DNA of 57,183 nt, from contig JAGCNN010000078.1 in assembly GCA_017645925.1 (NCBI GenBank), positions 1 to 57,183 of the forward strand, read 5' to 3'. Below the pieces are notes generated by a model. That model was not told where the DNA came from. It saw only the letters and a program-made list of their open reading frames with translations, and searched no databases. The DNA is from Bacteroidales bacterium. Lineage in GTDB: Bacteria > Bacteroidota > Bacteroidia > Bacteroidales > ML635J-15. Both the position numbers and the translations under genes were made by a program. Positions 38,801-48,784 of this stretch are shown piece by piece (the stretch's first letter is position 1; each line of letters starts with the position of its first letter).

Positions 38801-41800
38801 ACAAAGAAAAATATGTCATCAGCAGACGGATTCGGACAGTAGTTTTCATCGAGGCCAACATTTACAGTCCAAGTCTTTGTCGTTACACCATCCTCGGCTG
38901 TAACTATATATTCGACAGGTTCCGAGAAATTTCTCCTTACGCCCGACTGTACATTGACAGTAGCATTTTCCGAAATTGTGAAGGTCGGAATATAAAACAT
39001 ATAGTTAGATACTTCGGCGACAAATACCGATATGGTAGCATTTTCCGAATCTATAATCGATTCTGAAGTCTGCTCATCAATTTCGAAAGTAAGTATTTCC
39101 GCTTCGGTGTTCATTGGTCTCAACAACAAATTGTCTATCGCACATTCGCGATAACCATTCAATACAAAGTCGAAACGAGCCTCTCCTTCATACTCCGGAA
39201 CTGCTATCTTCATTCTTGCCATTCCGTTGCTTGATGCATTTTGGATTGCAACAACCCTTAAAGTATCAGTTTCACTATTTACAAACATTACATACAGGGA
39301 ATCGGGACGGCTTATATTTTGAGTTGACTGCAAAACATCAAACTCAAGTGCATAATGTAGTCCAGATTCAAAATTGAATAGCGGAGTCTGCAAACGAGCA
39401 ACCATCTGCGAAGTGCCGGCTGCCAAATGAGCCTCGCCATTGCTTACCGACCAAACATTTTGTCCGCTGCTTGTTGTCCTCCAACATTCGGGAAGTTCAC
39501 CATCAGCAACTGCAAAGTCTTGTGTATATGGCAAGTCAACAGCAGGGCAATCGGTTGCAACATTGACAGTCGCATCATACCATTCGCTTTCGATTCCTTC
39601 ATAGCAAGCACATTGAATTTCGGCAGAAATAGTGTACTCGGTGCTAGCCTGAAGTCCATCAATATGCAAACTCGGCTCGTTAACCGTCGTTTCGACAACT
39701 TCACCTCCATTCAATGAATATTTTACGTTCCAAGCGCCTGATATTGCATTAACATCCGACCATGCCAAAACTACGTTGTTTTCGCCAACCGACCTAACTA
39801 CCATATTATAAGGTGCAATGCAGTCAACAGTCTTTTCGATTGTCAAGTTGTCAACATAAACGCCACCAGCATTGTTTGACTTTCCTACAAGTATCACATA
39901 GTTAATACCTGCATCTACCCTTGCATTTAATGTATATCTGTACCATCCAGCCGACAATTCGCCATGTACATTTTCGCCATCCGAAATTTGGTAATTCTTC
40001 GAAACGAAACCAAGTTTCTGCGGAGTACCGTTTACTATGTCAGGATAAGTATTAACCCAAATTTCAACGCCCTCGTCCATTGCCGGCTCTGATGATGTCG
40101 AACGATAAACATCAAGACTGATGTTGTATCCGTTGATGCTTTCAACAAACTTAAGTCCCATAGATGACAAGTTGTGAACCGAGCCTACCTTTGTATCGGC
40201 AAGCATCGCCTTAGGCGTTGCATTGTCGCCCAACACCGTTGAAGCACCCATCCATGCGCCATTAACATAGCTTAGACCTGCACCCGAACCGACTGCCGTC
40301 CTTTCCTGCGACCAGCATACAGGCGGGAATATTCCAGAATTGAAGTCCTCGGTATATGGGAAGCTCTTGACGATTAAGCAATTGGTTGTAAACGAGTATT
40401 CTGCAAAACCTGAATAATCGTTGTCGCAAACAGAACGTATCCTTACATTGTATGTAGTGGAGAATTGCAAACCTGTTATGTTTATAGTATTTTCGTCAAC
40501 AGTAACAGTAGTATATTCAGTTTCCGCTTCCGTCTTGTATCCGACTTCCCACTGAGTCATATTGAAGCCATTCCACAACAATGTTACTTCGTCATCCGCC
40601 AAATTTACTGTTGCAATATCTTCCGGCATCTGGCACGATGCAATTGTAGAAACGGTAAGCAACGACCAATCGCTATTGCCATTTCCACCTTGACAATTTG
40701 CACGGACATAAATGTCATAAAGCGTAGATTCTGCAAGTCCTGTAATCGCGTAGTACGGCTCATCAACATTCACTTCAGTGCCTGCGGTATTAACATCAAA
40801 GCCCGAAAGTCCATATTTTAATGTCCAGCTATCGCCAACATTGTCGGATGACCAAGCCACGTCAAGTTCGTTTTGCAAACGAGTAGCTTCCATATCGTTT
40901 ACGGCATAGCAGTGAGATATCGCGTTTATCCGAATTTCGTATGAAATATCCTCGCCATCGCTATCAACGATTACATAATACGAACCGGCACTGCAATCTA
41001 CGACAAATGACATATTACTATCATTTGTCTTCGAGTCAATCATATATGAATGCATCGTGCCGCAAGAATTCATTACAAAAGCACTGAAATAACCGCCGTT
41101 TGACCATAGGCTAATATTAAGCATCTTCCTATTTTCCACGTCAATCCAATATACAGCATCGTTGCCCGAAAGCACAAATGCATTTTCAGGCATATCATTA
41201 TAATAGGTATTCAGCATACTAAACAAACCTGCTGTTGATGATGAATGGGCGTATGGCAAATCATTTTCAGCATCGACCACATAGGGATTTGTACAATCGG
41301 CGCCAAGTGGAGAATCTGCATACGAAATATTAACCGTCCATTCCTTAACTGTACCATCCTCAGCAGTTACAACAAACGCAACCGGCTCAGAGAAATTGTA
41401 GGACATTCCGTTTGAATGGTTTATGCTAGCCAAGTATGAAATTTCAATCTCAGGGGTTATTGATTCAACATCAAACATACGGCTAATAGTTGCATCAACA
41501 GTTGCATTTCCTGAATTAATGTCAACGCTCAACATACCTTCGAATGCAAACGAAAGTATTTCTGCCTCGGCAATTGCAACATTACGATTTACAATTATTG
41601 TCCAATCCTGCGTCATTCCTGACTCGGAAGTTACAGTATATACAAATGGATCGTTAAGGTCGATTGCCGTTCCTATTTCTGGACTTATAGTTGCGTTGTC
41701 AGAAATTTGAATGAACGGAGTTACATTATCCAAGTTCCACGAATATGGGACATTGCAAGTAACTGTATGGTTTTCATTATCAATAATGACATTTTCAGCG

Positions 41801-44800
41801 CCATCAAAGTCAAAAGCCAATATTTCATTTTCATTAGAAAGTATTTCGATGGAAATGTCATCTACTGCTGCTGGAGGATTCGTACCACCAGAGCCATCGT
41901 TCTTCCAGAATAATACCAAATAATAGTCTCCAGCTGCAGGCAATAATTGTTTTCCTTCAAAATGTTGCCAAGCATAAACACCAGACAATACTCCACTCAA
42001 ACCATACCAACCACTTGGTGCATCTGAGGAAGTGCTACCCATACCATTTGCACCAGAAAACATAGGATTTATATTCGTTGGCACTATAAAAGCCATCATG
42101 TTATCCCAGCCGCCTTCTCCAAAGCACTTCCAATCGAATGAAAGACCGACTCCCACAACACTATCAGTATGGAATTTGAGATATGCATAAGAATACGAGA
42201 TACAAGATTGACAATAAGTATTTTCAACTCCACTATTCTGAGAAATATACAAGGATTTTCCACTTGCCGATGTAGCCGTTCCTACATACCAACCATTTGC
42301 ATCGTTGTGGAAATACCAATTTTCAAGATATTCCGAATTGAAATTCTGAGTATAAGGCAATGTTACATAATCATTATCTGGAGTCTGGAAATCGAACACC
42401 ACCCATTCGCTAATCTCAGCATCAGAACATACCGAAGATATATATGCGTGGTACGAATGTCCGGGTTCAAGACCAGATTGCACGCATGAAGTAGCGGTTA
42501 CATTTGTATATGCAGCCGATGCCAGTTCAGCATCAGTCATCTCCACCTGCGATATGTAAACATTAAAATTATTGTATTCATACGGTTGCACCCAGTTTAG
42601 CGATACCGATGTTGAAGAAACGCTTGCAGTAACGCCATACGGAGATTCGCAAGGTGGCAATGTTGTAAAACTTGGGCCTGCAACCCATGGGCTGTAGTCG
42701 GTTTCGGAACAATACGACCTAATGTATGTATAATAAGTGGTATTTTCAGTAAGTCCAGTTACCATGTATGGGCTAGATGACACGATTGTTGGTGCTTCAG
42801 TTGCAGCGGCAAGGTCGCTCGACTCGGAAACAAGCAGCTGCCACTGTGGAATCGAGCCTACTGATGTCCACGAAATTTCAGCAGATGTCTTACCTACATT
42901 GTCAACACCTACATTTCCGGAGAACAAGCAGTCGGTTTTATATGTAACACTTATGTTATCTACTGCGGCAGGAGGATCTTGCCTTTCATCAAAGATGTTC
43001 ATCCAGAAAAATACTAAATAATAATCTTCAGCATTAGCCACATTTATATCACAAACATTTGTCTGCCAATTATAACCAGCACCAGACACATAATATTCTG
43101 ACAGAGCGTCAGTATTTGTAGCAAGCAACCAACCGTTAGGAACAGAGGTCGAACCACCAATTCCATTGCCATATCCTTCACTCAGATATGGATTCAATGA
43201 CACAGGAACCAAGAATACCCTTAGACAATCAATATGATCACGTCCAAAACATCTCCAATCGAACTGCACCCTCACTACGCTTGGATGGTCGATATTCAAA
43301 CGGCAGTATGCATACGAATAGTTGTAACCCCAACTGTAAGCATCCATATACCCGTTGCTATAACCTTCATCATCTGATACGTATAAAGATTTTTCACTAT
43401 CATGGGCGACAGCTCCTCCCCAGTACCAGCCTACAACGCCGTTGCTAATAGCCCAATTTTCCATTATACCACTCTCAAAATTCTGAGTATAAGGCAGCGG
43501 CATAGCCTCCAATTCAGGTGTAGTAAATTGGGAATGCACCCAAGCGCTGTATTCATCATCACCACATTCAGTTGCTGCATATAGGTGGTATGTATGACCT
43601 GGAGTCAAATCCGAAAAAGACTTATTTCTTGCATTGCACAACTCATATCCTTCAGACGCAAGTTCTACATCCGTTTTTTCTGTTTCAGAAAATACTATGC
43701 GCGTACCAAGCCTATCATATACATTATACCACGACACTTGAGCCGTTGTTGGAGTAACTAATACGCTTATATCGTATGGTGCCTCACATGGCGGATAAGT
43801 TGTAAAGCTTACACCCTCGCACCATGCACTCTGTTCCGAGGCCGAGCAATAAGAACGAACAAACACGTTGTATTCGGTATTCATTTCAAGGCCAGTGATT
43901 GTTGTATTGGTTGCATCCACAAGCACAGGCTGCTCTGTTGCCGACTCGGGACTATCGGCAGTAGTTACAAGAACCTGCCACTGGGTAGAAACGCCAACCT
44001 CATCCCATTCCAAATCAACAGAAGTCTTGCCTAGTCCAGAATATGCCAAATTCATGACGGGCACACAATTCGACACAATTTCAATGCTAATGTTATCGAC
44101 TGCTGCCGGTGGGTTGTCGCCTCCGCTATAATCGTTTTTCCAGAACAACACAAAGTAATAGTCGCCTGGATTTGTAAGCGTAACAGTCGATACACTTGTT
44201 GACCAATATGGATTACCAGATTTATTTCCATTACCGACATCAATCCATGAAGAATATTGTTCATTATAATTAGAGCCCATTCCATTTACTGCACCAGCCG
44301 AAAGATTAGGATTTTCAGATACCGGAATCATAAATGCACGAAGCAAATCGTAATTGGTTTCACCATTAGCCAACCAATCAAACGATACACTCACCACTGC
44401 AGGCTGATCGAGATGAATACGACAGTAAGCATACGAAAATGACCCTTCCCAATCTCTATAATTATGGGAAACGCCATTATCATCCGATATGTATAGCGAT
44501 TTTTCACCACCTCTTGCAACCGCTGTTCCCATATACCAACCATTCATATCATTGTTCAGATGCCAGTTTTCGAGAACATCTCCTTCAAAGTTCTGATGGT
44601 ATGGCAACGACATTGCCTCATCGGTAGTTGTTGTAAACTGATAGTGCACCCAGTCGCTCAAAAAACCCTCACCGCAAACTGTCCTTACATAAAAATGATA
44701 AGTACTACCTGCAGCAAGTCCCGTATTTGTGTACACCCTTGAATCAACGGTTTCGTATTCAGAATCTGTAAGTGCATTCAAATCCGAGCTTGACATTTCC

Positions 44801-47800
44801 GTTTCGGAAAGATATACATGGAAATCTAACATGTTGTATTGCTGTGCCCATGTTAAGGTTGCCGTATTGGGAGTTACAACAGCAGCAACGTTATCGGGCT
44901 GCTCACATGGAGGCAAGGTTGTGAAATAATATCCATATACCCAATCACTTTGGTCGGACTGAGAACAATAAGCACGTACATACACATTGTAATCTGTATT
45001 CGCTACAAGTCCATTGACAGTTACCATTGTATTGCTTACCAACTCAGGCGTTAAGCTTGTCGAATTCGGATCGTTGGATGTTGTAACCAGAACCTGCCAT
45101 TGCGAAGCATCTGACTCTACATTTGACCACGACACCACTGCCCAAGTCATACCATAACTATCAACGTTGATATCCTCAACCGGTCGGCATGTTGGATAAG
45201 TAGTGAAATATCCACCCCACGCCCAAGCGCTTTGCTCTGATTCCGAACAATATGTTCGCACATATACATAATATTCAGTATTTGGCGTTAGACCGGAAAC
45301 ATTTGCAGTAGTGCTGTTTACAAGCATCGGGGTTTCGGTAGCGTCATTAGCTGATGATGACCGCGAAACCAGCACCTGCCACTGTGAAGCATCTGCGTCA
45401 ACATTTATCCACGACAGATTTACCCATGTATCATCCCAACTATCAATGTCAACATTCCCGACAGGAACACATGATGGCAAAGTTGTGAACTGAACGCCAC
45501 TACTCCATTCGCTCTGGTCCGATTCGGAACAATATGTACGCACATATACATAATATTCAGTGTCTGGCGTCAGATTGGAAACACTTGCAGTAGTGCTGTT
45601 TACAAGCATCGGAGTTTCGGTAGCTTCTGATACTGAAGCCGACTGCGAAACCAGCACCTGCCACGGAGAAACACTGCCGTTTGCATACCACGAAATTTCA
45701 GATGAATACTTGTCGTAATTGTCAACGCTTACATTTGCGACAGGCAAACATGATGACAATATTTCTATGCTTATATTATCCACTGCAGCAGGAGGATTTG
45801 AACCACTATAGCTATCATTTTTCCAGAAGAATACAAGATAATAGTTGCCAGTTTCCGTCAATACAACATTCTTAGCACTATGCTGCCAATCTTCATACCC
45901 TTGCAAACAGCCATCCGTTTCCGAAATATCAATCCAGCCATTTGGTGTTGGGTTGCTTGACCCTGCCATGTCGTTTGAAGTACCAGCATTAAGATTCGGA
46001 GATTTCGATACTGGAATCATAAATGCACGTAGCACATCCCATGAATATTCACCAATATTTTTCCAATCAAAAGAAACATTAACTAGGCATGGATTTCCAA
46101 CATTCAACATGCAATAAGCATACGAAAACGATGTATTATTAGTACTATATTCATTATTTACTCCATTATTATTTGAAATATACAATGAATATGTGCTTTC
46201 GTTTGCCGTAGCAGAGCCAACATACCATCCGTTACTTGCATTATTAAATGTCCAGCCGTTAACGCTTCCGTTCTCAAAATCTTCATAGTAAGGCAAAGTG
46301 AAATTCGCCGCACCCGTCGTAAAGTGGACACTAGCCCACGAACCTACCTCGTATTCATTGCATACCGGACGCACATACACATTGTAATATGTTGCAGGCT
46401 CCAGTCCACTCACCGAATAACTGCTGCCCGTTACATTTATCAACGAAGCCGACTCCAGCTCGCTAACACTCATTGTGTTAGTTGTTACATACAACTGATA
46501 CTGCAAGACATCATACGCGTACGACCATGAAATATCAGCAGTACTAACACCTGCATTTACCGCAAGATTGTCAACCGTAGTACATACTTGCTGTGTAACA
46601 AATCCTACAGCACTGCTCCATGCACCATAAATCTCCTGTGTACAATAACTGCGTATGAATGCATAATACTGAGTAGCGGGCGAAAGACCAGTTACTGTTT
46701 GTGTTGTCGATGTCATTGCGACAGGCGATTCGGTTGCCGTAGCCGGATTAGATGAAGTTGAAACCAATATGTCGTACTTCACGCCATCTCCAGAGGTACG
46801 CGTCAACGACACAGATGTTGAACTTTGGACATTAGCAGTTAAAGCAGCTGTCTTGCCGCATGTGGTAACAAAGCTTAGAGCACTGCTCCATTCTCCATGC
46901 CTATTTTCAGAACAATAAGCACGTATGTACGCATAATACTGTGTTGCCTGTGTAAGACCAGTTATTGTTTGTGTCGCGGAAGTCATCTCTACTGGAGTTT
47001 CGGTTGCCGTTTCTGGATTCGAAGATGTTGAAACCAAAACTTCATACTTTACGCCATTGCCTGATGCACGCGTCAACGACACTGATGTTGAACTTGGAAC
47101 TGCATTACCCAATGTAGCCGTAGCCGTACAAGGAGCAACTATCTCTATGTCGTCAACAGCAGCGGGAGGATTGGTACCTGCACTGTTATCGTTCTTCCAA
47201 TAGAATACAAGAATATATTCTCCCGCGGATGGAATATCAACGTTCAATGATGAAGTTCTCCAATCGCTTGCCGAATAAGTCCATAAGAATGGTCCTGTCG
47301 CTCTATAACTTTGCGAAGAATCTGCCACATTAATATAACCATCTGGCAATGAATTTGTGTTGCCAGTAATATCATCTGCAGGCGGACAGTCTGTGCCAGA
47401 TGGCACAAGAGCAGCATACATTGCATCCCAGCAATTAGTTTCACCACGAGCCTTCCACTTAAACGACACCGAATATGTTCCTTCACTGGCCAAATTGATA
47501 TAACGATAAGCGTACACGTATGACGGAGATGAAGTTGTATAAGCATTTGACGAACCATCGTTTGTTATGTACAACGCCTTTGATGAACTAGCACTAGTTG
47601 CAGTACCTATCATCCAATAGTTTGTGTACGTGCCGTTTACAAATATCCAACTGGAATTTTCAGCAGCATTTTCAAAATCGCAGTAATAAGGTGTCACGGC
47701 TGGCGCTACAAAAGAATAATACCGACCAGCACCCGGAAATACAGAATATGTAGTACTAGTATATGTAGTGGAATATGATGCGGTATGATCGCTTGGATTT

Positions 47801-48405
47801 ACATACCAGAATTTATTACCATCAACGTTTCCAATACCAATCTGGTAGTTAGACGGTGCATTTGTGTAGTCGCCACTATACACAATCCTAATCTCGTTTG
47901 TTCCTTCGTACAACTGGATTTGGAACTTTATATAGTTTGTTCCACTAGTGCTTGAGGTCAAATGTAAAAGGCCTTCTATTACCCTCACATTAATTGCTCC
48001 ACCTGTATATAAACCTGTTTTCACATATCCTGCAGCACCTGTACTACAATCTTTTCCGACAGCTGCAATAATTGGCGTATTTGATGAATAATTTGACGAA
48101 TTAAACGGATTTTGATAATGGCTACCGGATATAGCAGTGCCACCCAATCGTATTCGTCCATTTGAATTGGCAGAAAACTGCGTATATTCAACACCATCGT
48201 ACACAAATGTAAAACCAATATCTGTCACACCAGAAGCCCAATCATCTCCTCCCGATTGAATTATCTCTGTAAATTCCGGAGAAAGAAATGTACCATCATC
48301 TCCTGTTGAAAAACGATAAATCTCAAGTCCCTGAGCATGTACATTAGCAACATAAGACAGCAATGCCATTAACACAAAAACTGCAATGCGTATTTTATTT
48401 CTCAT
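35803..48405 (-). CDS. Giant secreted T9SS cargo protein (4200 aa from the ATG at 48405), type-A (Por_Secre_tail-like) C-terminal sorting domain
   Basis: This is a single uninterrupted ORF. The ATG at 48405 gives MRNKIRIAVFVLMALLSYVANVHAQ (the track start at 48453 is a TTG). It has many FN3-like modules (W...VLVS....A.E.P......T.TGL...T.Y..YVR.YC). Five beta-sandwich modules end in PPAAVD(D/N)I(E/S)(I/V), and three more diverged ones are present. Modules of the IL.F.F...TISP type follow, then nine InlB-B-repeat-like units. The C-terminus reads LYPNPNDGRFSVDF...GVYFARFVSGDKVFVERFVVE. Confidence 0.9.
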   Translation of the reverse strand: MRNKIRIAVFVLMALLSYVANVHAQGLEIYRFSTGDDGTFLSPEFTEIIQSGGDDWASGVTDIGFTFVYDGVEYTQFSANSNGRIRLGGTAISGSHYQNPFNSSNYSSNTPIIAAVGKDCSTGAAGYVKTGLYTGGAINVRVIEGLLHLTSSTSGTNYIKFQIQLYEGTNEIRIVYSGDYTNAPSNYQIGIGNVDGNKFWYVNPSDHTASYSTTYTSTTYSVFPGAGRYYSFVAPAVTPYYCDFENAAENSSWIFVNGTYTNYWMIGTATSASSSKALYITNDGSSNAYTTSSPSYVYAYRYINLASEGTYSVSFKWKARGETNCWDAMYAALVPSGTDCPPADDITGNTNSLPDGYINVADSSQSYRATGPFLWTYSASDWRTSSLNVDIPSAGEYILVFYWKNDNSAGTNPPAAVDDIEIVAPCTATATLGNAVPSSTSVSLTRASGNGVKYEVLVSTSSNPETATETPVEMTSATQTITGLTQATQYYAYIRAYCSENRHGEWSSALSFVTTCGKTAALTANVQSSTSVSLTRTSGDGVKYDILVSTSSNPATATESPVAMTSTTQTVTGLSPATQYYAFIRSYCTQEIYGAWSSAVGFVTQQVCTTVDNLAVNAGVSTADISWSYAYDVLQYQLYVTTNTMSVSELESASLINVTGSSYSVSGLEPATYYNVYVRPVCNEYEVGSWASVHFTTGAANFTLPYYEDFENGSVNGWTFNNASNGWYVGSATANESTYSLYISNNNGVNNEYSTNNTSFSYAYCMLNVGNPCLVNVSFDWKNIGEYSWDVLRAFMIPVSKSPNLNAGTSNDMAGSSNPTPNGWIDISETDGCLQGYEDWQHSAKNVVLTETGNYYLVFFWKNDSYSGSNPPAAVDNISIEILSSCLPVANVSVDNYDKYSSEISWYANGSVSPWQVLVSQSASVSEATETPMLVNSTTASVSNLTPDTEYYVYVRTYCSESDQSEWSSGVQFTTLPSCVPVGNVDIDSWDDTWVNLSWINVDADASQWQVLVSRSSSANDATETPMLVNSTTANVSGLTPNTEYYVYVRTYCSESEQSAWAWGGYFTTYPTCRPVEDINVDSYGMTWAVVSWSNVESDASQWQVLVTTSNDPNSTSLTPELVSNTMVTVNGLVANTDYNVYVRAYCSQSDQSDWVYGYYFTTLPPCEQPDNVAAVVTPNTATLTWAQQYNMLDFHVYLSETEMSSSDLNALTDSEYETVDSRVYTNTGLAAGSTYHFYVRTVCGEGFLSDWVHYQFTTTTDEAMSLPYHQNFEGDVLENWHLNNDMNGWYMGTAVARGGEKSLYISDDNGVSHNYRDWEGSFSYAYCRIHLDQPAVVSVSFDWLANGETNYDLLRAFMIPVSENPNLSAGAVNGMGSNYNEQYSSWIDVGNGNKSGNPYWSTSVSTVTLTNPGDYYFVLFWKNDYSGGDNPPAAVDNISIEIVSNCVPVMNLAYSGLGKTSVDLEWDEVGVSTQWQVLVTTADSPESATEQPVLVDATNTTITGLEMNTEYNVFVRSYCSASEQSAWCEGVSFTTYPPCEAPYDISVLVTPTTAQVSWYNVYDRLGTRIVFSETEKTDVELASEGYELCNARNKSFSDLTPGHTYHLYAATECGDDEYSAWVHSQFTTPELEAMPLPYTQNFESGIMENWAISNGVVGWYWGGAVAHDSEKSLYVSDDEGYSNGYMDAYSWGYNYSYAYCRLNIDHPSVVRVQFDWRCFGRDHIDCLRVFLVPVSLNPYLSEGYGNGIGGSTSVPNGWLLATNTDALSEYYVSGAGYNWQTNVCDINVANAEDYYLVFFWMNIFDERQDPPAAVDNISVTYKTDCLFSGNVGVDNVGKTSAEISWTSVGSIPQWQLLVSESSDLAAATEAPTIVSSSPYMVTGLTENTTYYTYIRSYCSETDYSPWVAGPSFTTLPPCESPYGVTASVSSTSVSLNWVQPYEYNNFNVYISQVEMTDAELASAAYTNVTATSCVQSGLEPGHSYHAYISSVCSDAEISEWVVFDFQTPDNDYVTLPYTQNFNSEYLENWYFHNDANGWYVGTATSASGKSLYISQNSGVENTYCQSCISYSYAYLKFHTDSVVGVGLSFDWKCFGEGGWDNMMAFIVPTNINPMFSGANGMGSTSSDAPSGWYGLSGVLSGVYAWQHFEGKQLLPAAGDYYLVLFWKNDGSGGTNPPAAVDDISIEILSNENEILAFDFDGAENVIIDNENHTVTCNVPYSWNLDNVTPFIQISDNATISPEIGTAIDLNDPFVYTVTSESGMTQDWTIIVNRNVAIAEAEILSFAFEGMLSVDINSGNATVDATISRMFDVESITPEIEISYLASINHSNGMSYNFSEPVAFVVTAEDGTVKEWTVNISYADSPLGADCTNPYVVDAENDLPYAHSSSTAGLFSMLNTYYNDMPENAFVLSGNDAVYWIDVENRKMLNISLWSNGGYFSAFVMNSCGTMHSYMIDSKTNDSNMSFVVDCSAGSYYVIVDSDGEDISYEIRINAISHCYAVNDMEATRLQNELDVAWSSDNVGDSWTLKYGLSGFDVNTAGTEVNVDEPYYAITGLAESTLYDIYVRANCQGGNGNSDWSLLTVSTIASCQMPEDIATVNLADDEVTLLWNGFNMTQWEVGYKTEAETEYTTVTVDENTINITGLQFSTTYNVRIRSVCDNDYSGFAEYSFTTNCLIVKSFPYTEDFNSGIFPPVCWSQERTAVGSGAGLSYVNGAWMGASTVLGDNATPKAMLADTKVGSVHNLSSMGLKFVESINGYNISLDVYRSTSSEPAMDEGVEIWVNTYPDIVNGTPQKLGFVSKNYQISDGENVHGELSAGWYRYTLNARVDAGINYVILVGKSNNAGGVYVDNLTIEKTVDCIAPYNMVVRSVGENNVVLAWSDVNAISGAWNVKYSLNGGEVVETTVNEPSLHIDGLQASTEYTISAEIQCACYEGIESEWYDATVNVATDCPAVDLPYTQDFAVADGELPECWRTTSSGQNVWSVSNGEAHLAAGTSQMVARLQTPLFNFESGLHYALEFDVLQSTQNISRPDSLYVMFVNSETDTLRVVAIQNASSNGMARMKIAVPEYEGEARFDFVLNGYRECAIDNLLLRPMNTEAEILTFEIDEQTSESIIDSENATISVFVAEVSNYMFYIPTFTISENATVNVQSGVRRNFSEPVEYIVTAEDGVTTKTWTVNVGLDENYCPNPSADDIFFFVYNDSAVMYLFPAHNETSYNLKISSLPIDPDTETADLFDSTIEPDSTHKSVIEGLDIYTYYYIYVQSNCGATSWTEKTACGVFTLPYEQDFSADDCWEIYSYNDDNRTWSIANGEAVYNFSRTNQADDYLVSPELKILQNAKMEFKYRAGNFSYPETFSVYVGTANNGLVRLDSLTVTNETYQTYGPVDLSEFAGQLVEIAIVCQSAPNMYRLYIDDFRVFVSDYVIDVSSVGNGSISPDGRVEVAPGESAEFVIMPDEYNDLLSLTLDGEDVSDEVVDGIYTLADVNAEHTLVATFTERYTFTASAGEGGRIVTEGVTAADRGDTVSFVIIPDEGYRPGDVIVDGIAEQLEQGSYIYTFENVDASHTIHATFDRIIYHTIHVDAGENGIVTPNGDVVLEEGENLTISVIPEEGYIIHEFLVDGSDAMEELVAGGNNYTFENITDDHTVRVSFVENVYYSIAVSFGEHGTITPNGDVSVANGADQTFYIVADAGYHIESVTVDDEVVPSAVAEGEYTFVNVTAEHSIHAEFAINTYTIVAYAQGGTITPSGSITVNHGDNLTFEFEPDAEYELLNFLVDNISHEVEGNAYTFDSITADHAVVAIFTPMNIIRHEITATAGEHGSISPSGRVRVVEGENQTFQITPDEHYYISSLLVDGEAVDVVESYQFENVVADHTISASFEAYKHTVTAIAGEHGIISPSGEQEVDEGSDITFTFAPNVGYIVSEVLVDGESVEFSGNTYTLQNVLSDHVVTVNFDLLPMWTITAVSGANGAISPNGTQYVLNGDDIEFTFVPNDGYMLDRVVVDGQGFSPESNIYRFENVTENHYIYVSFRPLVYYITATAGPHGELSPLGEVEVAPGTTQVFTFNPYIGYELDSVFVDGEYVVTDGNTYEFVDVDANHTFHVTFRHIAVSVGDEVAVAASLYPNPNDGRFSVDFAGISGEVVYQLVDAAGAIVDVRDIYVDEGMTMEFYHDLKPGVYFARFVSGDKVFVERFVVE
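36045..38140 (-). repeat. Nine tandem ~77-aa divergent InlB B-repeat (Listeria-Bacteroides repeat)-like modules, protein-level repeat
   Basis: The pattern Y.(I/V).......G.(I/V)(S/T)P.G...V..G....F...P..GY.......VDG.........Y.F.NV...H.(I/V)...F recurs nine times directly before the CTD. The copies are diverged at nucleotide level. Confidence 0.7.
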
Positions 48406-48784
48406 ATAAATAAATTTTATTCGTTTCAAATATTTAAAAATCTCGTGAGGCAAGCAACCTACAAAAAGGAAACAATACCTCTAATAAAAATAAAAACACG
48501 CAAACATACAACTTAAAAAACAAAATAGCAAGGGAAAGTTTACAATATTGCAATATGCCCAATAGTGGGATAGCCGACATATCAGGTAGAGTTAAACGAT
48601 ATGAATATACTATCAAACATAAAGGGAAATGAAGATTCGCTTTTTTACCTCCCGCTCAAGCCGCGGAGGCTTTTACTTTTTTATTCGCCCCTACAATTGA
48701 TTTTCAGCGGTGCTCATGATTGTCTTCGACAATTGTTGGCAAAAAAGTAAACAAAAAACCATGTCCGCTGCGTCTGCTTCGCTA

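Noticed and set aside
48406-48453. Upstream alternative starts given in the ORF track: TTG at 48453 for giant gene 2, 6213 for the 1530-aa gene, 6652 for the small protein, TTG at 551 for serA, 15162, 19378, and TTG at 20196
   Set aside because: In each case an internal ATG immediately precedes a canonical signal peptide or the conserved N-terminus. The extra N-terminal residues are unconserved-looking or start at a non-ATG codon.
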